A stretch of DNA of 64,000 bases, taken from Octopus sinensis (taxonomy: Eukaryota). This document shows, piece by piece, positions 36,441-51,229 of the stretch. Location: positions 6,138,001 to 6,202,000 of the forward strand of contig NC_043006.1 in NCBI RefSeq assembly GCF_006345805.1, given 5' to 3'. The notes below the pieces were generated by a model, which saw only the letters and a program-made list of their open reading frames with translations, ran no database searches and was not told the DNA's origin. Made by a program: the position numbers and the translations under genes. Within the stretch, counting starts at the first letter, position 1, and every line of letters begins with the position of its first letter.

Positions 36441-37795
36441 GTAAATATAATATCTTCTATTCCTTTTATTTGTTTATTTAAAACGGCTCAAAAACTCACC
36501 TGATTTATTTTAATATCCGTAAATTTACAATCCATAAATTAACGGCGTAAAAATTTACGGATCCAAAGTAGAAATGCGGGAACCAATAAATTCTGCCTCA
36601 GAAGAAAAATGAATAAATTATGGAGAAAGGAAAGTATTTAAAAGCGAAACTGTTTGGAAAGTTCTCAGATCGTAATCTTCCCTCCTGAGTGTCACAACTT
36701 CTCTCTCTCTCCTCGGCTCAGATTTATTCTTTATTCTTCGTTTGTCACCGCAAAATTTCCTGTTTTTATTATTCTGTCTTTCAACAATTCCTATGGACAT
36801 GCGTTTCTTACCTCCTCGACCCTATTTAGCTGATAATGTATATCCACAGGTAATAAATATGTTTATATATATTCTGAATTTAAAAATGGTAAACTTTACA
36901 TAAATTCTTGCATCTTAAAATGTTTTTAAAACTCTTGACAAATTGGGCTATTTTTTCTCTTTTTACATCGCGTACCCTTGACAGTACATTCAGAAATACT
37001 GTGACCACACCCAGTCCTTCATTAAGGGTCATAGTTCTATACTAAAGACTGGTGTTTTTGTAATTTGTTAATAAAAGATAAAAAAACAATCTAAATCTAT
37101 TTATTATGTTCATTATTTCATTTGAGATTCTAATGAAAAAAATTTAACTGTTTGCTGCTAATGTCAATTAGTTATTCCAGAAAATTCGTCAAAATGACAT
37201 CCTTTAAAAACTCGGTTTGCTACTTTATATACACTTGTGGATATTCAATATTAAAATACAAACATTAAGTTCACCTTTATTTGTTTTCCCTATTCCATCC
37301 CATCTTTTCAAGTTCACTTTATTATTATAACAATTTTCCAAACTGGAAATTCTTCACAGTTTTCTATTAGTTAAAACGAAGTTGTCTGCACCTAATAGTA
37401 TTCTCAATTTGCTAAGAATGGTTCTTGTACTCGGTTTTGTGTGTATGCTTTACACACACACACACACACTGGGTTCAATAAATACCAGACAGGCGAAATA
37501 TGCCAAAGTTCTCTGCAGTAGACTAATCTTTGTAACTAGTTGAAGATCTTCATTGTCCATTGAAAATTGGTAGTCACAGTACCAAGGCATCATTCTGCAT
37601 CGAATGATATGATGCTTGGTGTCTTACAAGGATTTGTTGTTTGTCCCCTGTTCTTTGTTGCATATATTAACGAAATAGATACCCGCTTGAATCATGTTTA
37701 GTTAGTTTAACTACAAAGAGGACATACCCTCTCTTAGTTCCCCCGTGCCTCCCACGTACATGTGTGGATGGGTGCAAGAGTCTGTGTAGGAAGGA

Positions 37796-37799
37796 TGTC

Positions 37800-37833
<34 letters not shown>

Positions 37834-38545
37834 CATACGTGTGCGTGTGTGTATATATATATATAGGTATGTGTGTGTGTGTGTATATATATAGGTATGT
37901 GTGTGTGTATATATATATATATAGGTGTGTGTGTGTGTATATATATATATAGGTGTGTGTGTGTGTATATATATATATATAGGTGTGTGTGTGTGTATAT
38001 ATATATATATAGGTGTGTGTGTGTGTATATATATATATATAGGTATGTGTCTGTCTATATATATATATATATATAGGTATGTGTTTGTGTATATATATAT
38101 AGGTGTGCGTGTGTGTGTGTATATATATATATAGGTACGTGTGTGTGTGTATATATATAGGTATGTGTCTGTATATATATATATAGGTATGTGTCTGTAT
38201 ATATATATATATAGGTATGTGTTTGTATATATATATATATATATATAGGTGTGTGTATATATATATAGATATATATAGGTGTGTGTATATATATATATAT
38301 ATATAGGTATGTGTGTGTGTGTATATATATATAGGTATGTGTGTATATATATATAGGTATGTGTGTATATATATATAGGTATGTGTTTGTGTATATATAT
38401 ATATAGGTATGTGTTTGTGTATATATATATATAGGTATGTGTTTGTGTATATATATATGTGTGTATATATATATATAGGTATGTGTGTATATATATAGGT
38501 ATGTGTGTGTATATATATATATAGGTGTGTGTGTATGTATATATA
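37796..38545. repeat. compound microsatellite-derived minisatellite [AGGT(GT)n(AT)n]n
   Basis: More than 20 units of ATAGGT(AT)GTGT...ATATAT with variable run lengths. Confidence 0.9.
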
Positions 38546-41440
38546 TCATCATCATCATCATTTAGCGTCCGTTTTCCATGCTAGCATGGGTTGGACGGTT
38601 CAACTGGGGTCTGGAGAGCCCGAAGGCTGCACCAGGCCAGTCAGATCTGGCAGTGTTTCTACAGCTGGATGCCCTTCCTAACGCCAACCACTCCGAGAGT
38701 GTAGTGGGTGATTTTATGTGCCACCGACACAGGTGCCAGACGAGGCTGGTGAACGGCCACGCTCGGATGGTGTTTTTATGTGCCACCGACACAGGTGCCA
38801 GACGAGGCTGGCAGACGGCCACGCTCGGATGGTGTTTTTATGTGCCACCGACACAGGTGCCAGATGAGGCTGGCGGACGGCCACGATCGGATGGTGTTTG
38901 TTACGTCCCCAAAGCACGGAGGCCAGTCTATGCGGTACTGGCTACGGCCACGTTCGAATGATTTTCTTGTGTGCCACCGGCACTGGTACCACAAAGATAC
39001 AAATTCCATTTATGTTCATCTATTTTGATTTGTTTTGATTTGATTTGATTTTCACTTGCCTCAACAGGTCTTCACAAGTGTCACAAGAAGGAAGGTATGC
39101 ACAGGTGGACTGACTACGTCCCAGGTAGGGGCCACAGGTTATGGCCTGACTAGTCTTGCCGGGTCTTCGGATGGTGTTTTTATGTGCCACCGACACAGGT
39201 GCCAGATGAGGCTGGCGAACGGCCACGATCGGATGGTGTTTGTTGCGTGCCCACAGCACGGAGGCCAGTCGATGCGGTACTGGCTACGGCCACGTTCGGA
39301 TGGTTTTCTTGTGTGCCACCGGCACTGGTACCACAAAGATACAAATTCCATTGATATATAGATAGATATATATGAGTGTTAGCTGGTGCTGACTTCTGCC
39401 TTTTAGTTGTAAATTGTGAATAGTCACCTTAATAATTTATATATATATGGGGATGTATATGAGTGTACTTGCATATAGATATTGGTATGTATGACTGTCA
39501 TCGTTTATCATCCGTTTTCCCTGCTGGCTTGGGTTGGATGGTTTGGCAGGATCCAGCTAACAGCAGACCTGCACTGAGTTCTAGTGTCAGCTTTTGTTAT
39601 GGTTTCTGATGCCAACCACTTTACATCCTGTACTGGGTGTTTTTTGTTTTGTGCCACCGTCTCTCTTGGGATTGCCAAGTAAACATGCACAAATAGGGAG
39701 AAAGGTAAAGGGGGAAAATTTCCACGACAAAATGAGCGTGGTGGCTTTGTAAGTGTTGAAAGGCTCTAATATATGACTGAGAGACAAGGATGGGTCTGTT
39801 GCTATGGAGGGGATCCGTAACTACCACACATTCAGAAGTGGGTGGGAATAGTTGACAGGGAGAGAAAAGAATTTAGTTTTTGGGAGTGCCAGAGCAAACT
39901 CTCAGAGTACAGGTAGGTGAGCATAAAAGAGAATCTAGACAGTGGGTCGTGAGAAGAGTGAGCAGATATTTTCATTAGTGTAAGTGGGAAGTAAAAGGTA
40001 GAATTTGGGGTAGAAGAGATACGGTTGATTGGAAATGTCAGAATGGAGTGGAGTTCAGGTGAGAGATAGTGGTGCCTCAAGGAGGTAGATCAGAAGGATG
40101 GTGAGTAAAGTGTAGGAGCAGTGAAGAAGGGGATATCGAGGGGTACTTAAAGGTCGGTATAGTGGACGGGGCATGATGGTATGTATGAGAAGGCAACAAG
40201 CTGGCAGAAACATTAGCACGCTGGGCAAAATGCTTTGCAGTATTTTGTCTGCCGCTACATTCTGAGTTCAAATTCCGCTGAGGTCGACTTTGCCTTTCAT
40301 CCGTTCGGGGCCATTTAAATAAGTACCAGTTACACACTGGGGTCGATATAATCGACTTAATCCGTTTGTCTGTCCTTGTTTGTCCTCTCTGTGTTTAGCC
40401 CCTTCATCATCATCATCATCATCGTTTAGCGTCCGTTTTCCATGCTAGCATGGGTTGGACGGTTCTACTGGGGTCTGTGAAGCCAGAAGGCTTCATCAGG
40501 CCCAGTCAAATCTGGCAGTGTTTCTACGGCTGGATGCCCTTCCTAACGCCAACCACTCCGTGAGTGTAGTGGGTGCTTTTTACGTGCCACCCGCACTGGT
40601 GCCAGACCGAGCTGGCAAACGGCCACGAACGGATGGTGCTTTTTATGTGCCACCGGCACGAGGGCCAGGCGAGGCTGGCAACGGACACGAAACGGGGCGG
40701 TGCTGGCAACGGTCGCGAAACGGAAAGTTCTCTTACATGCCACCGGCACTGGTAACACATCTGCAATTTCCATTGATCGATTTCCATTGATCGATTTCGA
40801 TTCTGATCGTCACTTGCCTCAACGGGTCTTCACAAGCAGAGTTTTGACATGCCACCGGCACTGGTAGCACATCCGCAATTTCCATTGATCGATTTCGATT
40901 CTGATCCTCACTTGCCTCATCACGTCTTCACAAGTAGAGTTTTGTGTCCCAAGAAGGGAAGGTATGCATACGTAGGCTGGCTCCATCCCATGTAGAAGGC
41001 CACGGGTTATGGACTCACTTGTCCTGCCGGGTCTTCTCGCGCACAAAGAAATAGGTATGTCTGAGAGGGTGCTGAAACTGAAAGCAGATATGTCAGCACC
41101 CCATAAATGGAATATGGTAGAAGAGTGAAAATTGAAGGCACAGAAGGAAGTAATCAGTGAAATGGAGTGGGTGGGATGGGAGGAGGTAACTGGTAGTGCG
41201 GAGTAAATGGGGAGGAGTAACGTGTAACTTGCCCAAGAGTGATTACAGCTGCTAGGTAGCACCTTAGAAGAGTGATGGAGCGCTGAATGTTAGAGGAATG
41301 AGATGTGAAGAATGCTTGACAAGACAATGGGTTACAAACAAGCAAAACATTTTTATGAATGCATATATAGATAGTGATATGTATGAGTGTGTGTACAAAG
41401 ATGTGGATATATATGAATCCACAAGTGTGTGTCTCATCAT

Positions 41441-41763
41441 AAGCGGAAAGTGTAACCTCTCGAAAGAGCTGTTCTTCACTCCTGCTCCAGAGCGTCGGCT
41501 GCGGGGTCATTCCAAAAAGCTCTATCTGCGACGATTTCATCTCAATCGAAGGAGAGGGGCTTTCTCCATCTGGGTTGTGGATCCGTGGAACAAGCTGCCA
41601 GACGAGATGGTGAAGATGCCAACGACCGCTCGGTTCAAAGTCTCCCTTGACCTTAAGTGGCCTGAACTCTTTACTTGAGCACCACCCTGTACATAACTCC
41701 GTGTCACACTACATGGCCTTGCTATTTGCTTTTGAGCCAAAAAATTAACTAACTAACTAACTA
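41441..41763 (+). mobile_element. CR1-clade LINE 3' end with (CTAA)n tail
   Basis: Encodes ERRLRGHSKKL...AFSIWVVDPWNKLPDEMV...FKVSLD, followed by AACTAACTAACT. Confidence 0.85.
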
Positions 41764-42009
41764 TTTCTGATTATAATTCATAAGCATTTTTTTTTTACAT
41801 AAAAAAATGTGTGCACCCTTTCTAGGGCCAATTCTCATTATATCATATGACCATTGAAATATGAGGCCAGTGACATATTCTAACTAGAAAAATCAGTGTG
41901 CACAATGTAGATCTTCACTTATCTTTATATCTGCACCACAATCAGGACGAGGTCATCTGCAGTGGAGAAAGCCAAGATTTGACAGAAAAGTAACTGTGTT
42001 TTATGTGTT

Positions 42010-42378
42010 TGACTTGACTTGAGACAGCATTCACCCAGGGTGGGTTGAACTGGCTTCATTCATCCTGAATGCTGAATCTCACAAACGCCAACCAGACCTG
42101 ACAATTTGAAGCTAACGACCGCGTGATCTCCAACCGCTCCTTATTCCAGCAGCGAACGCCGTAGATATGGGGGCCTAGGTTGGGTTCCAGATCAGCCTTG
42201 ACTGTCATCAGCCAGGTTTTTCGTTGTCCACCACATTGCTTTCACCAACCCTGAAGGGGAGCTGGAGCAATTGCTTCGTAGATGAATTCTCCTGGTTGAC
42301 GATGGAGGGCATGACACAGAAATCTCATTAGGATGACTTGTCGGAGGGAGGTGATTCTGCATTGGTGTTGCACCGAGA
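42010..42378 (-). mobile_element. RTE LINE 3' end (second copy at 45823-46190)
   Basis: Minus strand encodes RQPGEFIYEAI...GGQRKTWLMTVKADLE, with a (CAAGT)n tail; related to 7277-7647. Confidence 0.8.
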
Positions 42379-42827
42379 CACTTTGTGTGTTTACTGCTAG
42401 TTATTTTCTCATCCTTTAACATTCAACATGTCATCATTATTTAATGCTGGCATAAGTTGGATGGCCTTGCAGGATCCGAGAAGTCCAAGGACTGCTTTGT
42501 GCTCCATTGTCTAGTTAGACATGGTTTTTACAGCCGGATGGCCTTTCTATGGCCAAACACATCACTGCATGTCCTGGCTGCTTTTTTCATGTCGCCAGCA
42601 CCAAAGAGGTCACCAGGCAGCTTGCAAAGCTCTGAGCCCCAAGAGAGGTAGCTTTATGCTAGATGATGGGATTAAAATATGAAAGAAGTGAGCAGAAGAG
42701 AACAGGCTTCTTACAGAATTGGGGCAAGGTGTTGAGGGGAATGATAGGGGTAGGACTTGGAATAATTCTATACTTCATATATATATTTCATATAATTGTG
42801 TTTAATTCTTTTAACCTACTTTTCTAG

Positions 42828-42958
42828 CCACGCATGATGAATCCACAACAAGGTGCCGCTTGTCCTAGCATGATTAGCGTTGATAGGGATAAAATCTATC
42901 AGTGGATTATTGAACTCACTAATCCAGACACACGAGAAAACGCCCTTCTTGAATTAAG
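42828..42958 (+). CDS. CNOT9: CNOT9 coding exon 2
   Basis: ttctag|CCA...TTA AG|gtaggt; encodes [43 protein letters not shown] (human [26 protein letters not shown]). Confidence 0.96.
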
Positions 42959-45565
42959 GTAGGTTTCTTCATCTTTGTTTGGTAGAATATCTTAAAGCTA
43001 ATGCTTCAAATTTTAAATCTATCTTTGCTACACGTGTGTACCAGTTGGTTGATAGAGACTATTGCCTCCAAAATTTTATTTCCCTAGTTTTACAACTGTA
43101 AAGTTATTCCTCTCTTTATCTCAGAATACAATTCTTGGATGCTATCACCCCAATATAATCATTATCATCTTACTCTAATCTTGATTTTTTTTCTTATTCT
43201 AACATTGATTCCAGTTGTCAATGTCTTTGAATAACTTTAAACTCTGGTGCTATTGCCCTAGGAACCAAACATCTTTTTTGGTTACCTATATTCATGCATA
43301 TACTGAAGATGGCCAAAATGGCTTAGATTTCTTCTGCCATCTCAGATCGGTATGACCTCCATACTTGACCTTTGCATGTTGAATCTGCTTATGTCACTTT
43401 AAAGCAGCAATTTTGACTTTAAATAATCAATTCTTGTTACAAAATTCCTTCAGTTTGATTTGGTTTCCAAGATGATAGGAAAACTAAATATTAACGGTTG
43501 AAGTAAAATTATTTGACATGGTTTCGTGCTATACTACTTAACACTGGTTCTATTTATTTCTGTTATGATATAGTACAGTCTGGTTAATGTGATACATCAT
43601 CATCATCATTTAACATCTGCTTTCCATGCCAGCATGGGTTGGATGGTTCGACCAGAGTCTGGGAAGCCAGGAGGCTGCACCAGGCTCCAATCTTGATCTG
43701 GCAGTGTTTCTACAGCTGGATGCCCTTCCTAATGCCAAACACTCCGTGAGTGTAGTGGGTGCTTTTTACATGCCACCGACACAGGTGCCAGGAGAGGCTG
43801 GCAGCGGCCACGATCGGTTGGTGCTTTTTATGTGCCACCGGCACAGAAGCCAGTCAAGGCGTAGCTAGCATTGGCCACGATTGGTTGGTGCTTTTTACGT
43901 GCCACCGGCACAGAAGCCAGTAAAGGCGGAGCTGGCATCGGCCACGTTCGGATGGTGTTTTTTACGTGCCACTGGCACAGGTATCACAACTACAATTTCC
44001 ATTTGATATTTATTTTGATGTTGATGTACTTGACTCAAAAATTTTCTTTTAAATTACTAATATAAGAAACATTATACATTAGTTCCAGTGTGACAGTAAA
44101 AATTGTGAGGCCATAACCTGTTGCCATAAGACAATTTATATTAGTCTGTGTTTGTCTTTGAAGAGAAATACTGGAAATAGTTTCTACGTGACAAATTAAA
44201 ATCTATTTCACTTTGCTGCATGTGGTTAGAATTTCTCCTATGCTAATGTGTGCTTCCCATCACTTTTCACTATTTTGACCACCCCCTCACCCTGTTGCAC
44301 ACTCTCCCATAAATTCACCTTCATTCTTCCACTAGGCCTATAGGTAAAAGACTGTATCGGTCCTCCTTAACCCTTCGCCTGAAGACCACACTAATCCACT
44401 CTCACCTCTTCACTAGACTGATGTGTAGGAGACGATATTGGACCATACTTGTGCCTCTATAATTCCTTTTCTTTTGTGCATCTTCTTTACTCTCTTGACT
44501 CTTCGCAAGTACCAGCCTTTATTTATTTTTAACTACCCACAAGGGGCTAAACATAGAGGGGACAAACAAGGACAGACAGACAGATTAAGTCGATTACATC
44601 GACCCCAATGCATAACTGGTACTTAATTTATCGACCCCGAAAGGATGAAAGGCAAAGTTGAACCTCGGCGGAATTTGAACTCAGAACGTAACGGCAGACG
44701 AAATATGGTTACGCATTTCGCCCGGCGTGCTAACGTTTCTGCCAGCTCGTCACCTTATGCTCCCTCCCCCATATCCCCTGGGCCACTTCCCTTACTATCC
44801 ATCACTTTTCACCTTTGCTCATCTTTATTGTTCTAAATAACCTTATCACTTATCTCATACTGCTGCTCCTTTCATTCTTCCACCCAGCTATCCAGGCTCT
44901 TCTGTCATTTCTCTTTCTTCTAACCCCTTTCTTAGTCACTTAACAAACGTACATGCTCTAGGTTATTGTTTATTCTCAGCAATTACTCCCCTCATCCACT
45001 TCCAGTCTCACTACTGACACCGTACCTTGCCTATTTCTCCTCCCTGATATATTATATGTCTGAGCCCTGAATATGCCCTACATTGCTTGTGTACAAGACA
45101 CTACTCTTCCTGTGGTGGTGCCAGCTAACAACTCGTGTTCCCTCAAACTGGTGAGTGAGTGAGACAATCTCTTTCTGGTTCTTGTAGCACAAAACCATAC
45201 CCAGGATACCCTGTAAAGTGGTTGACAAACTAAGCAGAGAATGCTTAGCTGTCAGAGGTCACTTTATTCAATGTTTCTAGTTGGGGGCCATAAAAATGCT
45301 CTCAGTACACCCTGTAGTGTGGCTGGTGATAGGAAAGGCATCCAACTACAGAAAAAACCAAACCAGATGTCATGTCCGAGCATCAGTCTGTTGGAAGCAA
45401 CAGCTCCCAAGAGGAGATGACTCAGACTGTGATGACCTATTGAGTCCTTACCAAGATGGAAAACAAGTGAAAAAAATGACGATGTATATGGTTTACTATG
45501 AGCCTTCTTTCATATTTACTTCCTGTTTATATATTATGTATTCTTTATCATTTTTCTGTTTCTAG

Positions 45566-45686
45566 CAAAAAAAGGGAGGTTGTCCCAGATCTTGCTCCAA
45601 TGCTATGGCACTCATTTGGAACCATAGCTGCTCTTCTTCAAGAAATTATCAACATTTATCCTGCAATCAATCCTCCACAATTAACT
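45566..45686 (+). CDS. CNOT9: CNOT9 coding exon 3
   Basis: ttctag|C...ACT|gtaagt; encodes (S)[40 protein letters not shown]. Confidence 0.97.
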
Positions 45687-47433
45687 GTAAGTATAATTAC
45701 AGATATTACGTTATTGAATCCTTATAATACTTCTATTATTAAAGCAATATTTTCATTATTATATTGGTGTCTCACACAAAGTAAATACTATTGTCAGCAC
45801 ACAAATTAATCTTGTCTTCTTATCTTGAGACAGCATTCACCCGGGGTGGGTTGAGCTGGCTTCATTCATCCTCAATGCTGAATCTCTCACAAATGCCGAC
45901 CAGGCCTGGCAATTTGAGGCTAACAACCACGTGATTTCCAACCACTCCCTATTCCAGCGGCGAACGCCGTAGACAGGGGGCCTAGGTTGGGTTCCAGATC
46001 AGCCTTGACTGTCATCAGCCAGGTTTTTCGTTGTCCACCACATTGCTTTCACCAACCCTGAAGGGGAGCTGGGACAATTGCTTCGTAGATGAATTCTCCT
46101 GGTTGACGACAGAGGGCATGACCCAGCCAACGCAGACGTCTTGTTAGGATGACTTGTTGGAGGGAGGTGATTTTGCACTGGTGTCACACTGAATTGTTGT
46201 TATTCATTAATTTGTGTTTGTGTTTGTCTCCAACACAAATTAATGAATAACAACAAACCCATTTTGCCTACCTGTGCCACCTCTTCTGACTCCCACTTGC
46301 CTCAGTTATTTCCTGATTGTGTATACCATGCTGAAAATAAACTCTACCAAATGATCCTATACTAAAGACAACATTCTTGATAAGTGTTTATTGTTTAAAA
46401 GTTTGTAAAAAGTGAAAAATATAAATTCATAATCTGCAAGGTGAAAGGAAAGTGTATATTCTGGAAGAAGAGATTTAGTTAAAGGAATTACCTTTTTTTT
46501 TTTAACATTTCTTAATGTGAAATTGTGAAATGTTGTACTTTAAGGGGGTCAAACTGCCAGTAATACACATACACCCCTAACTGTATTTCACTCCAGTTTT
46601 TATTGTCATCAGTTGATTAGGTAATTAGTTTATTTTTTTATTAACAAATTGTGTCATTCATAATAGAACCATTAGTGAAATACATGTGCATGTAGATGCA
46701 TATATGACTGTGAGGTAAGAAGTTTGCTTCCCAACCACATAGTTCCAGGTCAGGTTCAATCCCACTGCATAACACTTTGTGCAGGTGTCTTACTATAGAC
46801 CCTGCCAACCAAAGACTTGGGTGGATTTAGTTGACAGAAACTGAAAGAAGCCTCTGTGTGCGTCTCCTTGCAAGATTTGGAATGCAGGACAATGCTTACA
46901 TTATGGTGACATCTGCTTACAACTATCATGCAGGGAGAAACGCTCACCACAGAGGCTTCTTTCGATTCCTGTCTTACCTCAATACCAACTCACTAAAGAC
47001 TGCCTTTGGGTCTCTGACTCAAAATTCCTATTTTACAGTGTTCTAAATTAAAACCTTCCCTCAAAATCTCATGTTAATGTATCTTCCAGACAGCACCTTA
47101 ATAAGGACCAAGTCATTTTAGTAAATTCTTTATTATTTTCAAAAATTAATTGAAATAACAACAGTGTATTTCAACTGACATGCAATAACAACTGGGTTTA
47201 GAAAGGTACTCTTTACTCTTTTACTTGTTTCAGTCATTTGACTGTGGCCATGCTGGAGCACCACCTTTTAGTTGAGCAAATCACCCCCCCCCCCCCCGGA
47301 CTTATTCTTTGTAAGCCTAGTACTAATTCTATCGGTCTCTTTTGCCGAACCGCTAAGTTACAGGGACGTAAACACACCAGCATCGGTTGTCAAGTGATGT
47401 TGGGGGTGGGGACAAACACAGACATATAAACAT

Positions 47434-47506
<73 letters not shown>

Positions 47507-48538
47507 CACACATATATACGACAGGCTTCTTTCAGTTTCCGTCTACCAAATCCACTCACAAGGCTTTGATCGGCCTGAGGCTATAAGTGGAAGACACTTG
47601 CTCAAGGTGCCACGCAGTGGGACTGAACCCGGAACCATGTGGTTCGTAAGCAAGCTACTTACCACACAGCCACTCCTAAGGTCTTTTTTATTTTTTTACT
47701 TGTCGATTACTTTACTGAGTTAAGCTTAAAAATTAATGAATTCTGTACTGCAGAAATACTATCAAACTTGGCATTTTCTTGAGGATCTCTCTTTCCACAA
47801 TAACTTGCATAGTTCTAAATAAACTGCATATCATTCTCACTTGATGCTCCACTATTTTCCTAATATTCATGTTTTCTGTTTAATTATAATTCTTGTTGTT
47901 GTCATAAACTTGAAAAACTTCCACATACACCCTCAAAGAACTGTTTTTAGCCCCTCTTCCCTCTAATTGAATTCTTTAACACAAGTACTCCTTTACCATC
48001 TTCCTGTCTCCTCCCTCTCAACTCTTCCGCATTCAGATTACTCTGTCGAATGTAATGCTTATTTACTCAGACCGTTTTGAATTAATCATGCGTTATCTCA
48101 TAACTTCGAGATATCAGTGATTTGATTGCATATTTTTAGAATCTCATTGCAGGGTAGGTGTGAGAGGTTAGATCTGGATAGTTTGAACATAAGACTGGTA
48201 GAATATTTGGGCCAGATATGGCTGGCTTCAATGCTAAGGCATTAATAATTCAAAGAAGTATGGGATTTTAATCTAGAATAGCTCTTTGTTTTATCTTTTT
48301 TATGAAATGGTTCTACCAATATTATACTGTTTAAAAATGGAAGACTATCAAACTATTTTCGTTGTATTTTGTGTGCTTCAACATTGGCTACGCTTTGTGT
48401 TCAAGATTAACTTAAGAACATAAAAACATGTTTGTCTCTCCAAATTAAGAAATGTAATTAACTGCTGCTTATTGTTGAATGAAATACATTTTGTTGATTA
48501 AGTTATGATGACACTTTTCTATTTCTATCCCCTGCAAG

Positions 48539-48626
48539 GCTCATCAATCCAACAGAGTTTGCAATGCTTTAGCACTTCTACAATGTGTTGCTTCTCACCC
48601 AGAAACAAGATCAGCATTTTTACAAG
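48539..48626 (+). CDS. CNOT9: CNOT9 coding exon 4
   Basis: tgcaag|GCT...CAA G|gtaaat; encodes [29 protein letters not shown]. Confidence 0.97.
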
Positions 48627-49719
48627 GTAAATGTCACTCATTATTCACTTCCATAATACTCTTACTTATTTCCTTATTGTCCACAGAGAGGACAAACAAG
48701 GACAGACAAATGGATAAAGTCTATTACATCAACCCCAATGCGTAACTGGTACTTAATTTATCAACCACGAAAGGCAAAGTCGACCTCGGCAGAATTTGAA
48801 CTCAGAACGTAACAGCAGAAGAAATACAGCTACGCATTTTGCCCAGCGTGCTAACGTTTCTGCCAGCTCGCCGCCTTAAATAATACTCTTACCACTGACC
48901 ATTTTATGACTGTCCATCTCTCACTCGCTCTTTTCCTTTCCCAATACTTTCTCTTCCTGAAGTTCTCTTACACTCTATCCCCTCCATTTCTCTCTCTCTC
49001 TTTAACACACTGACACTCCAGTTATCCTATCTTCCTCTCTTTTCTTCCCACTCTTAGCAACATTGGCCCCTACAAACAGAGACAGTACTGAGCCCTGAGA
49101 ACCCCTTTTTATTTTGGAGGATGAAAAGCACTAGTGCTGGAGCCACAATAAAATGCTCCCTGTACACTGTAAAGTAGTTGGTGAACAAGCAGAGATGATG
49201 TAGAGTTGAGAAGACTCTTAATTTGTATTACTGAAGATAGGACAACCTTTCTAGTGCTGGTGCCATGATAAGCTGCATCCATACACTTAGTGAAGTGGTT
49301 GGTGCTAAGAATAGTATCCAGCTTACAAACCATACCAAACTTGAAACAAAATCTTGTAACACATGATCTCCCAACATGTCTAGGAAGAAAATAACTTCAA
49401 ATACAAACTGGTTTGGGCCATACCGATTCATCCAACCAATACCAACATGGTATGGTAAGTAGGTGTAAAACAACACTGACAACAATGACATAATTTTCAG
49501 TCCCAACCTGGTTTGGATGCAGACATAGATTGATGCATATGTTTGTATCAAGGTATTTGGAAAATGAATACCTTCTTCATCATTATTCTGTCAGGAAGTT
49601 GTGTGGTTTTTAATTTCTAGACTAAGACTCGATATATGCCTCTTCTTTGTTCTAAATAGATGACATTTTTGTTTAAGAAAACAACTTTTATTATGATTTA
49701 TTTCTTTCGTTTTTCACAG

Positions 49720-49826
49720 CTCACATCCCACTGTTTCTTTATCCATTTCTTCACACTGTCAGTAAAACACGTCCATTTGAGTATCTCCGTTTAACAAGTC
49801 TTGGTGTTATAGGGGCTCTTGTTAAG
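49720..49826 (+). CDS. CNOT9: CNOT9 coding exon 5
   Basis: tcacag|CT...AAG|gtaatt; encodes (A)[35 protein letters not shown]. Confidence 0.97.
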
Positions 49827-50014
49827 GTAATTTTTCTCTTCCTAATTTAAAATTGTTCTCATTTCAAAACACTAAAATGATATTTTGTTATGGAGAGCCA
49901 AGTCATGTTCTTAATTAGGAGATGTCATTTCTAGTTGACATCTGTGTTCTTTTTTGATTATAATATCTGAAGTGTCGTACTTAAAAGATATTTTCTGAAA
50001 TAAATTTTATAATA

Positions 50015-50174
50015 GGCGCGGGAGTGGCTGTGTGGTAAGTAGCTTGCTAACCAACCACATGGTTCCGGGTTCAGTCCCACTGTGTGGCATCTTGGGCAAG
50101 TGTCTTCTGCGATAGCCTCGGGCCGACCAATGCCTTGTGAGTGGATTTGGTAGACGGAAACATATATGTATATG

Positions 50175-50205
<31 letters not shown>

Positions 50206-50407
50206 CTGTGTTTGTCCCCCTAGCATTGCTTGACAACCGATGCTGGTGTGTTTACGTCCCCGTCACTTAGAGGTTTGGCAAAAGAGACCGATAGAATAAG
50301 TACTGGGCTTACAAAGAATAAGTCCCGGGGTCGATTTGCTCGACTAAAAGGTGGTGCTCCAGCATGGCCGCAGTCAAATGACTGAAACAAGTAAAAGAGT
50401 AAAGAGT
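50015..50407 (+). mobile_element. tRNA-derived SINE family 2, full copy
   Basis: A box GTGGCTGTGTGG, B box GGGTTCAGTCCC, internal microsatellite, tail GTAAAAGAGTAAAGAGTA. Confidence 0.85.
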
Positions 50408-51229
50408 ATACATTCACTTTCCTTTTTAACTTTTAGAACCAAAATAAAAATTCAAATGGAAATTGTAGTTAAGACACCCGTACTGGTGACACATAAAAAG
50501 CACCGTCCGAATGTAGCAGATGCCAGCGCTGCCTGACTGGTGTCCGTGTCGGTGACACGTAAAAGCACCAACCGATCGTGGCCGTTTGCCTGCCTCCTCT
50601 GGCCCCTGTGCCAGTGGCATGTAAGAAGCACCCACTACACTCACGGAGTGGTTGGCGTTAGGAAGGGCATCCAGCTGTAGAAACACTGCCAGATCAGACT
50701 GGAGCCTGGTGCAGCCTCCATGGCTTACCAGACCCCGGTCGAACCATCCAACCCATGCTACCATGGAAAACGGACGTTAAGTGATGATGATGAATGTCAA
50801 CAGAAAGATGGTACTGGGAGTTGAAATTAACTGGAAGTTAATGCTATGTAATTCATGAATGTTACAGGTACTCAGTCCAAGTCCTCTTAGGAGTATAAGT
50901 TGGAAAGAGAGATGGGCATTGCCAAGCTGATTTGCTCTAGATATATTTTATAGTCTTCGTATGGTAACCCATGACACCAGTGAGTTATAGGGACACACAT
51001 AATCTTCTAGCTTGGTGTTAGTCCCTTCAGCAACCTAAAAGACTACTTCAAAGACTACCCAAATAACCCTAACACATTGGCCAAGGATTTTTGTGGATAA
51101 TATAAATGTGTACTCCAGCATGGAAAATATTAATCTATTTAATATCAACATACATAATATAACTTTTATCTATTAAGCCACAGATGAGAAAAGTTATTTT
51201 TTAGAAACAAAAATTCTTTGGAAATACAC

